This document shows positions 49,620-60,324 of a stretch of 64,000 bases of DNA, one piece after another. A program made the translations under genes and the position numbers. The stretch's first letter is position 1, and each line of letters begins with the position of its first letter. The notes under the pieces were generated by a model. It was not told where the DNA came from, did not search any database, and was given only the letters and a program-made list of their open reading frames with translations. This stretch comes from a virus (Duplodnaviria; Caudoviricetes), in IMG/VR virus record IMGVR_UViG_3300026549_000043, positions 64,001 to 128,000 of that record; one strand, written 5' to 3'.

Positions 49620-50762
49620 ATGTTTTATGGAAAGAACATTGGAGTTATACCTCTGACTGATGCTGCAGGTATAACTAAAGTATTCACTTGGCCTACTCAT
49701 AAAGGACTTGACATTGGTTGGAGTGAGCGGAAGTGGATTAACTGTCCCGTTTTACGGTGGCAGGATGGTGTAGTTGTTCAAAGAGGATATGGTTCTGAAG
49801 TTGGTAACTATATTGTTGTTGAACATTACTATGATGATACTAATACAAAAAGGTGGACAGGTTATATTCATCTTGATGCCTTTCCAACAGTAAAAGTTGG
49901 AGATAAAGTTACTCTTGGGAAACAAATGGGTAATGCAACTCGTGGAAATACAGGAAATAGCCATGGGGCACATTTACATATCTATCTTACTAAAGAAGTT
50001 TCTCAAAAAACTCCATATACTTGGGACACTATGTTAGCCAACAGTATTGATCCAAAACCTTATTTATATTGGAGTAAAGAGTTTAATTATAATTTTATTT
50101 CTACTGCATGGACAAAGGAGTTAAAGATGATAACATTTCCAACACCTGTTGAACGTAATGAAAAAGTTAATCAGGTTAATATTAAATCAGATACAAGAAA
50201 TTTAAGAACAAAACCATCACTAAATTCAGAAACTTACTCTGAATATTGTAAAAAAGGTATTTACAATGTCTATGATATTAAAGTTGCAGACAATTATACT
50301 TGGGGGTTAATTGGTACAATAGAAGGTAATAATTTTTGGGTTGCTATGATGGATGGTGAATATCTTCCTAAAAAGGAAATTAAATATCCTGAACCAATAA
50401 AAAGAGATACAACAGTACATCAAGTTGAAATCAAATCAGATACTCGTAGACTTAGAAGACAACCTTCTTTACAAGGAGAAGAATATGATGAACTTTGTAA
50501 AAAAGGTATCTATAATGTTCTCAAATCTCAAACAGCAGACAACTATAACTGGGCATTAATTGCTGTTATTGATGAAAATGAATTTTGGGTAGCAGTAATG
50601 GCAGGGGAAGATTTATCTGTAACTGATTATAAAAAATTATATGAAGAAGAACTTGAAAAGAATAAAGTATTAAATTCTAAATTAAATAATATCATTACTG
50701 AATTTAAAAATTTAAAGAGTAGTGTTAGTAAATTAGAAACAATATTAGAGAAAAATCAATAG
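49620..50762 (+). CDS. M23 peptidase with two SH3-like repeats
   Basis: HKGLD, YIHL, GNTGNSHGAHLH; duplicated IKSDTR.LR..PSL...NFWVA. Confidence 0.85.
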   Translation: MFYGKNIGVIPLTDAAGITKVFTWPTHKGLDIGWSERKWINCPVLRWQDGVVVQRGYGSEVGNYIVVEHYYDDTNTKRWTGYIHLDAFPTVKVGDKVTLGKQMGNATRGNTGNSHGAHLHIYLTKEVSQKTPYTWDTMLANSIDPKPYLYWSKEFNYNFISTAWTKELKMITFPTPVERNEKVNQVNIKSDTRNLRTKPSLNSETYSEYCKKGIYNVYDIKVADNYTWGLIGTIEGNNFWVAMMDGEYLPKKEIKYPEPIKRDTTVHQVEIKSDTRRLRRQPSLQGEEYDELCKKGIYNVLKSQTADNYNWALIAVIDENEFWVAVMAGEDLSVTDYKKLYEEELEKNKVLNSKLNNIITEFKNLKSSVSKLETILEKNQ

Positions 50763-50827
50763 AAATAGATTGATTTGTATGATTATAGGCTAAATTTATA
50801 TATAGATATTAAGAAAGGAAGTTAGAA

Positions 50828-51808
50828 ATGCCAGATACTAATATTATTGAAAAAATAGATCTTAATGGTGTAGAATATCAAATTAAAGATAACATTAGTG
50901 GATATACTACAAACACTGGTACTGTAACTTCTGTTAGTGCAGGCACTGGTTTAACTGGTGGTCCTGTTACTACTTCAGGTTCATTATCATTAGACACAAC
51001 AAGGGCTTTAACAGCTGCAGATATTATTACAGGAACTAACACAGACAATAAATTAGTTTCTGCAAAAACTTTATCTGATGTCTTGAGTGGTCTTGGTGGT
51101 GGAACTGTTACAAGTGTAGACATTACAGATGGTGGTGGTTTAACTGTTTCTGGCGGTCCAATTACTTCTGCTGGTTCTATTACAGTTGGACACACTAATG
51201 AAGTAACCCCACAGACTACTCAGGCTGTCTACCCAATTAAAATAGATGCCCAGGGACACATTTCAGAATATGGCAGTGCTGTAACTATTCCAACGGTCCC
51301 TTCTGCTGGTACTACTGCAACTGCAGTTGGCACAACTTCATCAGGTGGTAGTGCAACAACTTGGTCAAGGTCAGACCATGTTCATAATATTACGGGGACT
51401 ACTATTACTTCTGCTTTGGGGTATACCCCTTATGATAGTAATAATCCTGATGGGTATATAACCGGTGGGGTTAACTCATCATCAACAGTTACAATCGTTC
51501 CTACTACTAATACAACTTATAGAGTTACTTCTAGGGGAAGTGTAACAAGCGGAAGTGCTGCAAGATTCACTCAGGGTAGTGATAGTTTTACCGCACCATC
51601 TTTAACTTTTACAGCAGATGATGCAAACAGTAATTTAAACATTGGTTGGTCTGCTGGTAGTTTTACTCAAGGCAGTGATAGTTTCACTGCTAATACACCT
51701 ACTTCGGTTACATTACCGGGTACATCATCAACTACGATTACAGTATTAACAGGAATCACTAGTGCAACAGCTGCTGCACAGACCTTTACCGGTAGCACTG
51801 GGTCATAA
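50828..51808 (+). CDS. Thr/Gly-rich tail fibre
   Basis: GTVTSV repeats, SRSDHVH, ALGYTP. Confidence 0.7.
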   Translation: MPDTNIIEKIDLNGVEYQIKDNISGYTTNTGTVTSVSAGTGLTGGPVTTSGSLSLDTTRALTAADIITGTNTDNKLVSAKTLSDVLSGLGGGTVTSVDITDGGGLTVSGGPITSAGSITVGHTNEVTPQTTQAVYPIKIDAQGHISEYGSAVTIPTVPSAGTTATAVGTTSSGGSATTWSRSDHVHNITGTTITSALGYTPYDSNNPDGYITGGVNSSSTVTIVPTTNTTYRVTSRGSVTSGSAARFTQGSDSFTAPSLTFTADDANSNLNIGWSAGSFTQGSDSFTANTPTSVTLPGTSSTTITVLTGITSATAAAQTFTGSTGS

Positions 51809-51837
51809 AGGTAAGGAGCTATATAGAGGTGATATAG

Positions 51838-52878
51838 ATGGCAACACATAATATAAATAAAATAACAGTACCAAATGGTGATGTATATAATTTATTAGAT
51901 AGCGGTAGAAGTGATTTTGTAACTAAGTCTGGATTATTAACTTCTACTGGTACTTCTACTAATAATACAATGACTCAGGCTGCAATTACTAATGCAGTTA
52001 CAAGTGCAACTCCTTATATAATCACCTGGAATTATAATGATGAGGATGGACCAACAGTAAATATATCAGAAGTTACTGAGGCCATAACTAATAATAGGCC
52101 AATTTTTCTTGTACTTTTAGATTCTGAAGATTGGAATAATGCAGTTTATAGATTAGTAGATTATGGCTCTGAATCTTATGGATTACATTCTTTAGCCTTT
52201 ACTCGAAGTGTGGCCTTAGATGGCTATTATTCTGTTGAGGGAAGACATTGGACAAGAACAAGTTCCAGCTCAACAGGTGAATGGACTTACTATGGGACTG
52301 ACCTTAAATACCTGGGGCATTCTCCAATTACCGTTACTGATAATTATATTTATCATGATGATTCAGGAGTAACTGCTCAAACAACACAAGCTCTTTACCC
52401 ATTTACAGTAAATGCAACAGGACATATTACAGGAGTAGGTAGTGCAATAACAAGTATGACTCCTACAAGTCATACCCATGGTAATATTACTAATGCTGGT
52501 GATATTACTACTAATGCTGCTATTGCTAGTGGAGATAGATTAGTTATTAATGATGAAAGTGCAAGTAAATTAACTAATTCTTCTATTACCTTTGGTACAA
52601 GTACAACACAATTCTTAGCCAATAATGGTACTTGGCAAACACCAGTAGGTGGAGTTACAGATGTTCAGGTAAATGGTACATCTGTATTAAGTAGTGGTGT
52701 CGCTAATCTAGTAACAAATACTGCTTATAATGCATCAACAAATAAAATAGCAACAATGGCAGATGTTGATGTAATGACAATAACATATAGTTTAATTTCA
52801 GGAACAGATTATGAAATGAATATTTCTACTGTTTTAGCACCTAATTATGCAAATACAATTTTAGGAGAGGAGTACTAA
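51838..52878 (+). CDS. tail fibre protein
   Basis: MTQAAIT, SHTHGNIT, FLANNGTW, VTDVQVNG. Confidence 0.7.
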   Translation: MATHNINKITVPNGDVYNLLDSGRSDFVTKSGLLTSTGTSTNNTMTQAAITNAVTSATPYIITWNYNDEDGPTVNISEVTEAITNNRPIFLVLLDSEDWNNAVYRLVDYGSESYGLHSLAFTRSVALDGYYSVEGRHWTRTSSSSTGEWTYYGTDLKYLGHSPITVTDNYIYHDDSGVTAQTTQALYPFTVNATGHITGVGSAITSMTPTSHTHGNITNAGDITTNAAIASGDRLVINDESASKLTNSSITFGTSTTQFLANNGTWQTPVGGVTDVQVNGTSVLSSGVANLVTNTAYNASTNKIATMADVDVMTITYSLISGTDYEMNISTVLAPNYANTILGEEY

Positions 52879-52881
52879 AAT

Positions 52882-53728
52882 ATGGCATTATCACATAGTA
52901 CAGTAACAGATCTTTTTACTGATATTGCGTCAACCATAAGAAGTAAAACTGGAAGTAATTCACCTATAGTTGCAGATGCTTTTCCTACTGCTATTAATGC
53001 TATAGATGTTATGACTGATATTGATAGAGCAAATTTAGGCATTTTTAAAGGACAATATGATTGTATAAATTTATCTAATACTATGTCTGTTCCATCTACT
53101 GGATGGACTTGTTCAGTAACACAGGAGTGGTGTGATTCATTCTCTACTATTGCATCAGCTACATTCTTAAATCGTCAGTTTAAAAATGGCTCTTGGACAT
53201 TTACAAATGTTTCTGAAATTAATACTTTAGGCTTTCGTAATATTGGTTATAATGTGGGCGGCTATGGAGTAGTTGATTTTAATTTTCCTTCTTGTATAAC
53301 TATTGGAGTTGATGCCTTTTCAAGTAGTAGTATATTTACAATTAAGTCTTCCTAATTGTCAAACTATTAGTAATTATGCATTTGCAAGTTGTACTGCATT
53401 AACTACAGTAAGTTTTCCAGTCTGTACTGGCATTGGTAGTTCTGCCTTTCAATATTGTTCTAAATTAACTTCAGCCAATTTTCCGGTTTGTACATATATT
53501 GGTAGTTTTGCATTTAGAAATTGTTACAACCTACTTTCTTTATATTTAATGGGAAGTAGTCTATGTTCATTAGCTGGAACAAATGCATTTAACTCAACCC
53601 CAATAAGCAACTACACTACTTCAACTGGGGGAGTATATGGAAGTATTTATGTACCTGCTTCTCTTTATTCTTCTTATATAACTTCAACAAATTGGGTAGC
53701 TTATTCATCCAGGTTTGTAGGAGTATAA
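52882..53728 (+). pseudogene. BspA-type LRR protein interrupted by a 1-nt frameshift near 53344
   Basis: removing one A from ATTAAGTCTTCCT restores I-S-L-P-N-C in the LRR register; C-terminus matches the paralogs. Confidence 0.6.
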
Positions 53729-53765
53729 AATATTGTATAGTATATTTTAAGAGGAGAACACAAGA

Positions 53766-54749
53766 ATGAAATTACAAATTTTAATTCCACAATACAAAGA
53801 AACAGATGAAGTAGTAAAACCATTATTAGACAGTATTATGATTCAACAAAGTGTAGATTTAAAAGATGTTGGGGTAATCATTGTTAATGATGGTAGTGAT
53901 GTTTATTTATCTAATGAATTTTTAAATTCCTATCCTTATAAGATAGATTATTACTTAGCAGAACATCAGGGTGTATCAGCAACAAGAAATGCTTGTTTAG
54001 ATTATGCAACAGCAGATTATGTAATGTTTTGTGATGCAGATGATATGTTCTATCATGCCTGTGGTTTATATGTTATTTTTAGGGAAATGAATATGCCTGG
54101 TGGATTTGATGCTTTGGTATCAGCATTTTTAGAGGAAACAAGAAACCCAGAAAACAAGGAAGAAGTTGTATACATTACTAGAGAGATGGACAGTACATTT
54201 GTTCATGGTAAAGTATATAGAAGAAAATACTTATTAGATAATAAAATCAGATTTAATCCTAAGTTAACTATTCATGAAGATAGCTATTTCAATTGTCTTG
54301 CACAAAAGATGACAACTAATGCTAAATATTCTCCATTACCTTTCTATTTATGGAAATGGAGAGATGACAGTGTTTGTAGACATGATCCAAAATATATTTT
54401 AAAAACATATAATAATATGCTTGATTCAAATACTGCATTAGTACAAGAATTTATTAAGAGAGGAAGAATTTCTGATGCTCAATTCTATGTAACATTTATG
54501 ATTTATGATGCTTACTTCACTATGAATAAAGATGAGTGGATTAATCAGGAAAATTTAGGATATAGAAAAGCAACAGAAAGAAGATTCAAAGAATATTATG
54601 TGACTTTTAAAGAATATTTTGAAACAATAGATAAACAAGTAAAAGCCCAGATTGTTATGAGTGTAAAGAATAGAATGTTCCAAGAAGGTTTACTTATGGA
54701 AACAATTACTTTTGATAACTGGATTGAACATGTAGTGAAGGAGTATTAA
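53766..54749 (+). CDS. glycosyltransferase family 2
   Basis: LIPQY, IIVNDGS, GVSATRN, FCDADD, HED. Confidence 0.88.
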   Translation: MKLQILIPQYKETDEVVKPLLDSIMIQQSVDLKDVGVIIVNDGSDVYLSNEFLNSYPYKIDYYLAEHQGVSATRNACLDYATADYVMFCDADDMFYHACGLYVIFREMNMPGGFDALVSAFLEETRNPENKEEVVYITREMDSTFVHGKVYRRKYLLDNKIRFNPKLTIHEDSYFNCLAQKMTTNAKYSPLPFYLWKWRDDSVCRHDPKYILKTYNNMLDSNTALVQEFIKRGRISDAQFYVTFMIYDAYFTMNKDEWINQENLGYRKATERRFKEYYVTFKEYFETIDKQVKAQIVMSVKNRMFQEGLLMETITFDNWIEHVVKEY

Positions 54750-54753
54750 AAAT

Positions 54754-54990
54754 ATGCCAATTGTAGTAGAATATGAAAGAGATTTAGTACATCATTATTC
54801 AGATGCTGGATATATGATTAGAAACACAACAACTGGTGGTGTCTACCCAGATGCTTGGGACTTAGCTGAATTCAATTATGAATATGTTGAAACTGACGAA
54901 AAGATTCCTACTGAAGAAGACGGTGAATCTGAAAGCCCAGAAGAAAGAGAATACGCTGAGGCCGGCAGAATAATGTTAGGAGATGAATAA
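54754..54990 (+). CDS. small fibre-associated protein
   Basis: YSDAGYMI...YVETDE; ends AGRIMLGDE. Confidence 0.65.
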   Translation: MPIVVEYERDLVHHYSDAGYMIRNTTTGGVYPDAWDLAEFNYEYVETDEKIPTEEDGESESPEEREYAEAGRIMLGDE

Positions 54991-54992
54991 AG

Positions 54993-55436
54993 ATGGCAAT
55001 CGAAATTAAAAATTTTAAATCTAACGTTGGAGTAGTAATCCCAAGAGCTTATTTAAGATTAACAACCATTGAATATCAACCAGTAATTAGATCATTATTC
55101 TTTAAAGCTTCTGTTTTTCCTTCTCCTGATGAAAACGTTAAGCCAATTGAAGAAGATGTACAATTAGTTAGTTTCGTTGAATTTGATTATGACGGTTCTG
55201 ATCTTGTAGACCACATTGAAAATTTATTACAAGAAAAAATGGATACTGTTGCAGATAAGACTCTTGAAGAATGTCAGAAGCATAATAGTTTATTAGATTT
55301 TACTATCCCTAGTACAGAAGAAGACTGGTTATCAGTCTGGGATTATGATTTTAAGAGATTTATTTCAACTGAAGATGAACCATCTTTAGATGATGAATAT
55401 ATCCAGGCTGCAAAGATATTTTTAGGAGAGGAATAA
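54993..55436 (+). CDS. hypothetical protein
   Basis: ends AAKIFLGEE. Confidence 0.65.
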   Translation: MAIEIKNFKSNVGVVIPRAYLRLTTIEYQPVIRSLFFKASVFPSPDENVKPIEEDVQLVSFVEFDYDGSDLVDHIENLLQEKMDTVADKTLEECQKHNSLLDFTIPSTEEDWLSVWDYDFKRFISTEDEPSLDDEYIQAAKIFLGEE

Positions 55437-55437
55437 T

Positions 55438-55836
55438 ATGAGTACAATTATTGAAAAAGCTAGATATTTAAGAACAAAAATAGAACAGTTAGCAGAAACA
55501 TTACCTGATGCGGAAGCTTTAGATTATACTGCGTTATTTAAAAATTGGGTAGCAGGTACAGATTATGCTGTGGGAGATAGGGTTAAATATGAAGACTTAT
55601 TATATAAGTGTGTTCAGGCTCATACCTCACAAAGTGACTGGATGCCTGATGTAACTCCAGCTTTATGGGCAAGAGTTAGTATTGATGAGTGGCCTGAGTG
55701 GATCCAACCGACTGGAGCACAGGATGCTTATATGTCTGGGGACAAAGTTTCTCATAATGAAAAGCATTGGGTTTCAACTGCAGATAATAACGTTTGAGAG
55801 CCCGGTGTCTATGGCTGAAATGAGGTAACCGAATAA
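55438..55836 (+). CDS. carbohydrate-binding (CBM5/12-like) virion protein, two TGA=Trp
   Basis: YAVGDRV.Y..LYKCVQAHTSQ; NNV[W]EPGVYG[W]. Confidence 0.8.
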
Positions 55837-55838
55837 AG

Positions 55839-55985
55839 ATGGATAAATATAATTTAACAGAGGAACAAATTTTAAATTATATTTTAATTAATAGAACAGA
55901 AGATTTTCCAATGGAACAAACATTGGAAGATTTCTATAGGAAAGTGAGAGAGTGGTGGGATAATTATGCCGAATACTATAAGTAA
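55839..55985 (+). CDS. small hypothetical protein
   Basis: 48-aa ORF filling the gap between neighbours. Confidence 0.4.
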   Translation: MDKYNLTEEQILNYILINRTEDFPMEQTLEDFYRKVREWWDNYAEYYK

Positions 55986-56238
55986 AATTAATGGGTACAG
56001 TTTGAAGGATAATGTAAGTGGGTATACTACAAATACTGGTACCGTAACAGGTGTAACTGCAGGTACTGGTTTAAGTGGTGGTACAATTAGTACTTCAGGC
56101 ACCCTTTCATTAGACACTACCAGAGCACTCACACAGGCAGAAATTGAGGCTGGAACAAACACAGAAAATAAATTAGTATCAGCTAAGACTTTGGCTGATA
56201 GTGTTAGTGGGAGCATTACTTTAAGAAAATGGAGTTAA
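55966..56238 (+). CDS. short fibre module, paralog of the 50828 N-terminus
   Basis: KDN.SGYTTNTGTVT...LSLDTTRALT...NKLVSAKTL. Confidence 0.7.
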   Translation: MPNTISKINGYSLKDNVSGYTTNTGTVTGVTAGTGLSGGTISTSGTLSLDTTRALTQAEIEAGTNTENKLVSAKTLADSVSGSITLRKWS

Positions 56239-56242
56239 TCTT

Positions 56243-57226
56243 ATGGGATTAAGATTAGGATCAACAAGAATACCAGGAATAACTTTATATGAAGAAGGGA
56301 AAGCATACCCTAAAGGATTAGTAAATATTGATGCAGATGTATCAAGTACTTTTGATGTAACAAATTATGCATTTGCTAAGGTTACTAATATTCCAAAACC
56401 TGTAGATTATTTTGCTCAATATGCTACTGATACTTTAGTTAGTTATAGCAACAGTAATGTTACTAGTTTACCTGTTTATGCTTTTTATGGTAGAAGTAAT
56501 CTAAAAGAAATTAATTTCCCTAATTGTACAACTATTGGAACCGGTGCATTTACATATTGTACCGGGTTAACCTCAGTAAGTTTCCAAGCTTGTACAACTA
56601 TTGGTACTTCTGCATTTACATATTGTTCTTCCTTAACTACAGCCAATTTCCCAGCTTGTACAACTATTGGTAATTCTGCTTTTGCCACGTGTTCATCCTT
56701 ATCTTCAATTAGCTTTCCTTTGTGTAGTGTAATAGGTAGCTACGGATTTTATGGGTGTATCTCTCTTGCTGAAGCCAATTTTCCTTCTTGTATAAAAATA
56801 TCTGATCTAGCCTTTAATAATGATACATCTTTAATCAGGGTAAGTTTTCCAAATTGTACTACTATTGGTACTTATGTCTTCACCAGTTGTCACTCTCTAT
56901 CTGATGTATATCTACCAGTTTGTACATCTATTGGTCAGTACACTTTTGGTTTTTGTAGTCAACTATCAATGATCAGTTTCCCGAGTTGTACCTATATTGA
57001 TCTTGATGCGTTTGAAGGGTGTTTTAACTTGTTATCGTTATATTTAATGGGTAGTAGTTTATGTTATTTAGCCTCTACAAATGCGTTTATCTCAACTCCA
57101 ATAAGTAACTACACCACATCAACAGGTGGAGTACATGGATCAATCTACGTGCCGGCTAGTTTACTGGCCTCTTATCAATCAGCTACTAACTGGGTTAATT
57201 TCTCATCAAGATTTGTAGGAGTATAA
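56243..57226 (+). CDS. BspA-type LRR protein
   Basis: 22-aa repeats FPxCTTIGxxAFxxCxxL. Confidence 0.85.
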   Translation: MGLRLGSTRIPGITLYEEGKAYPKGLVNIDADVSSTFDVTNYAFAKVTNIPKPVDYFAQYATDTLVSYSNSNVTSLPVYAFYGRSNLKEINFPNCTTIGTGAFTYCTGLTSVSFQACTTIGTSAFTYCSSLTTANFPACTTIGNSAFATCSSLSSISFPLCSVIGSYGFYGCISLAEANFPSCIKISDLAFNNDTSLIRVSFPNCTTIGTYVFTSCHSLSDVYLPVCTSIGQYTFGFCSQLSMISFPSCTYIDLDAFEGCFNLLSLYLMGSSLCYLASTNAFISTPISNYTTSTGGVHGSIYVPASLLASYQSATNWVNFSSRFVGV

Positions 57227-57230
57227 TATT

Positions 57231-58133
57231 ATGGGAATAAATATTAGTTCAAATTATATACCAGCAATTAATATAAATACAGGTATATCTGTTTCAGGAA
57301 CTTTATCTGTAAATAGTAATTCTCTTTATGATGTTACAAATTATCAAACAGTAAATATAACCGGGGCCGAAGATCTTTTAAAAACAAGATTAAATACACC
57401 TTCACAAATTACCAGTTATAGTAATGATAACTTAACCTATCTAGCTCCTGCGACGTTTTATTCAACGGGGATTACAGCGGTAGATCTCACTGCTTGTACA
57501 AGTATTGGTAGTTATACATTTTATCAATGTTCATCATTAACTACAGCTAATTTTCCAAGTTGTACAACCATTGGTAACTACGCATTTTCAGGCTGTTACT
57601 TATTATCTACCGTAAGTTTCCCAGCCTGTACAAGCATGGGTAATTATGCCGTATTTTATAGCTGTCGATCCTTGACCTCAGTTGATTTTCCTGTTTGTAT
57701 AAACGTTGGCGTTTCAGCCTTTCGAGGCTGTTCATCCTTAACTACAGCTAATTTTCCAAGTTGTACAAGGATTGGTAACTACGCATTTTCAGGCTGTTAC
57801 TTATTATCTACCGTAAGTTTCCCAGCCTGTACATACATTACTAACTATGCCTTTGCCTATTGTTACTTATTATCCTCAGTAAGTTTCCCAAGTTGTACAA
57901 GGATTGGTAGTGCTGCATTTAGAAATTGTTACCATCTACTTTCATTATACTTACTAGGCAGCAGTTTGTGCTCATTGGGTAATGCTAATGCTTTTTCTTC
58001 TACACCAATCTCTGGATATACCACATCAACCGGCGGGGTATATGGTTCAATCTATGTACCTGCATCATTATATAATTCCTATATAGTGTCAACAAATTGA
58101 GTAAACTACTCTTCAAGGTTTGTTAGTGTATAA
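57231..58133 (+). CDS. BspA-type LRR protein (TGA=Trp near the C-end)
   Basis: STN[W]VNYSSRFVSV matches paralog STNWVAYSSRFVGV. Confidence 0.85.
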
Positions 58134-58157
58134 TATCATAAAAGGAGGAAATATTTA

Positions 58158-58712
58158 ATGCCAACAACAGATACAAAAATAAAATCTCCTATAGTTAATG
58201 TATTAACTAAGGCACAATATAATTCAATATCTTCTCCAAGTTCAGAAGAATTTTACTTAATAACTGATGATACAAATATTGTTGCAGGAAATGGTATTGA
58301 AGTCACTACTAGTAGTAATGGGGAAACATTAGTTTCTTTAAAGGAATCTACCTTATGGACAGGTATTCTTAAAGGTGGTAATACCCTATCACTTGACGTA
58401 AGTAATTATGACCACTTGAGAGTATATGCCAAGTTATTTGCTGTAATTGCTATATATGAGATAGATTTAACAACGATTAATAATATTGTGCAGATAGACG
58501 GTTATAGATATGGTAATGGAACAGTTGTTTCTGAGTTTACGGCAGATGGTACTTTGGAATACTTAATATCACAGAGCCTTGTATCAACAGATAAGAAAAC
58601 CTTCTATCATTATCATTGTGGTTATTCATCATTAAGCGGATCTTATACTTCAAAAGATAACGATAGTGCTGGTAATTACTATGTTTATAAAATTGATGGT
58701 ATACGAGGATAA
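58158..58712 (+). CDS. fibre-associated protein
   Basis: LTKAQY...EFYLI N-terminal motif; AGGAGG RBS. Confidence 0.6.
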   Translation: MPTTDTKIKSPIVNVLTKAQYNSISSPSSEEFYLITDDTNIVAGNGIEVTTSSNGETLVSLKESTLWTGILKGGNTLSLDVSNYDHLRVYAKLFAVIAIYEIDLTTINNIVQIDGYRYGNGTVVSEFTADGTLEYLISQSLVSTDKKTFYHYHCGYSSLSGSYTSKDNDSAGNYYVYKIDGIRG

Positions 58713-58782
58713 AAATTTAATTTAACTATATGAAATAAATACTATTAATTTTAATTAATATATAAAGAAAGGAACGTGTTAA

Positions 58783-59964
58783 ATGACAGTTCAGATTTAT
58801 GAAAAAGACTTTCCTATTTATTCATTAGATTTTATAAAATCTAATAAACATTGGATTTCAGCCTATGGTGGATTTAATGGATTATCTCCTTATTATGCTG
58901 AAGATTCAAGAACAGGCCTTACTATACCTAACTGTGTACCAATGGTATATGGTTATTGGCATTGTATGGGTGAATGCACAACGCCAAAGGAATTAAAATT
59001 ATCTCCATATAATGCTAATTCTTTCTTTGGTTACCCAGATGGTTATGAAAGAAGCGAGACTGTACCGAAGGTAGGAGCTATCATTTGTTGGAAGGGTGGC
59101 TCTGATGGTTATGGTCATGTAGCAATTGTTACTAAGGTTAGAGAGAATTCAAATGGAACATATACTATTAATACCTTAAATAGTGCTTACAAATCAACTA
59201 TTTATTATGAAAGAGAATTAACGACACCATTTAATTTTAGAAGTTATGTTTGTCAGGGATTTATCTATTGCCCATTTATTATTCCAGATCCGGCTCCACA
59301 GCCAACACCAAGTGATAAGTTCGAAATTGGTGATGATGTAGTTGTTGATGGACCTTTATATAAGAGCTCTAATGCTACAGTAGAAGCTGGATATGCTGAT
59401 GATGTAATTACTAAGGTTACTAGAAAGAATCCTGGATCAGCCCACCCTTATAATACCACAGGTGATTTAGGTTGGTGTGATGAAAGTTCATTAACTAAAT
59501 ATGTAGCTCCTACTCCTACACCAGATCCAGAACCAACTCCTGAGCCAACCCCTGAACCAGAGCCAGCTCCAACTTATAAATATAAAGTTGGGGATAGAGT
59601 TATCATTACAGGAGACTTATATAGAGCTAGTTATAGTGAAGAACCAGCTGGTTATATTAAGGATAAGGTTACTACAATTACTCGTTTGGCTGAAGGTGCT
59701 CCACATCCATATAATACCACAGGTGATTTAGGTTGGATGGATGAAGACTCTATTAAACCATACGAAGAAGATGTATTAAAAGTTGGAGATAAGGTAGAGC
59801 CTATCACAAATAAACAATATAATGGTAGATATGCTGTCCGTTGGGATGAATACTATTATATTACAGAGTTACAGGGTGATAGAGCTGTATTATCTGCTAA
59901 GCGTGGTAATAAAATGGTAGTATGGTGTGCCATGAATGTTAATAATTTAAGGAAGGTTGACTAA
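58783..59964 (+). CDS. CHAP-domain endolysin with SH3-like repeats
   Basis: NCV..YG, PKVGAIICW, GHVAIV; two PYNTTGDLGW repeats; PTPEP linker. Confidence 0.85.
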   Translation: MTVQIYEKDFPIYSLDFIKSNKHWISAYGGFNGLSPYYAEDSRTGLTIPNCVPMVYGYWHCMGECTTPKELKLSPYNANSFFGYPDGYERSETVPKVGAIICWKGGSDGYGHVAIVTKVRENSNGTYTINTLNSAYKSTIYYERELTTPFNFRSYVCQGFIYCPFIIPDPAPQPTPSDKFEIGDDVVVDGPLYKSSNATVEAGYADDVITKVTRKNPGSAHPYNTTGDLGWCDESSLTKYVAPTPTPDPEPTPEPTPEPEPAPTYKYKVGDRVIITGDLYRASYSEEPAGYIKDKVTTITRLAEGAPHPYNTTGDLGWMDEDSIKPYEEDVLKVGDKVEPITNKQYNGRYAVRWDEYYYITELQGDRAVLSAKRGNKMVVWCAMNVNNLRKVD

Positions 59965-59965
59965 A

Positions 59966-60256
59966 ATGAACATGGATGAATTTATTATTTTACCGATAGC
60001 TATTGGTGTAATGATTTGTACTGAAGTTATTAAAAAGATAGCTTTCAAGGATGAAGATTTAAGAGATAGATTCGTACCATTGGTAGCTATTGTTTTAGGT
60101 GTATTATTTAATACTTGGTATAACCAGTGGCAGTTTGATTATACTGTGTTCTTAAATGGCTTAGCTAGTGGCTTTGCTGGAATTGGTACATTCTCAGCAT
60201 TAAATTCTACTTTTAAGGAACCTATAGCTAAATTAAAAGCTAAGAGCTCAATTTAA
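59966..60256 (+). CDS. phage holin
   Basis: TM helices, FVPLVAIVLG, GLASG; directly after the lysin. Confidence 0.75.
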   Translation: MNMDEFIILPIAIGVMICTEVIKKIAFKDEDLRDRFVPLVAIVLGVLFNTWYNQWQFDYTVFLNGLASGFAGIGTFSALNSTFKEPIAKLKAKSSI

Positions 60257-60324
60257 TTTTATAATATTTTCTAAGGTCTTACCCTACTGCTAAATTTATT
60301 ATATAAGGTAAGACCTTATTTTGA

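Noticed and set aside
5-56688. All minus-strand ORFs in the track (e.g. 5..358, 19194..19571, 43690..44229)
   Set aside because: They are antisense shadows of well-supported plus-strand genes, with no RBS or recognisable motifs.
56243-58133. Diversity-generating retroelement acting on the LRR genes
   Set aside because: No reverse transcriptase is in the window, both repeat copies are coding, and the mismatches (ACC/AGG) are not adenine-specific.
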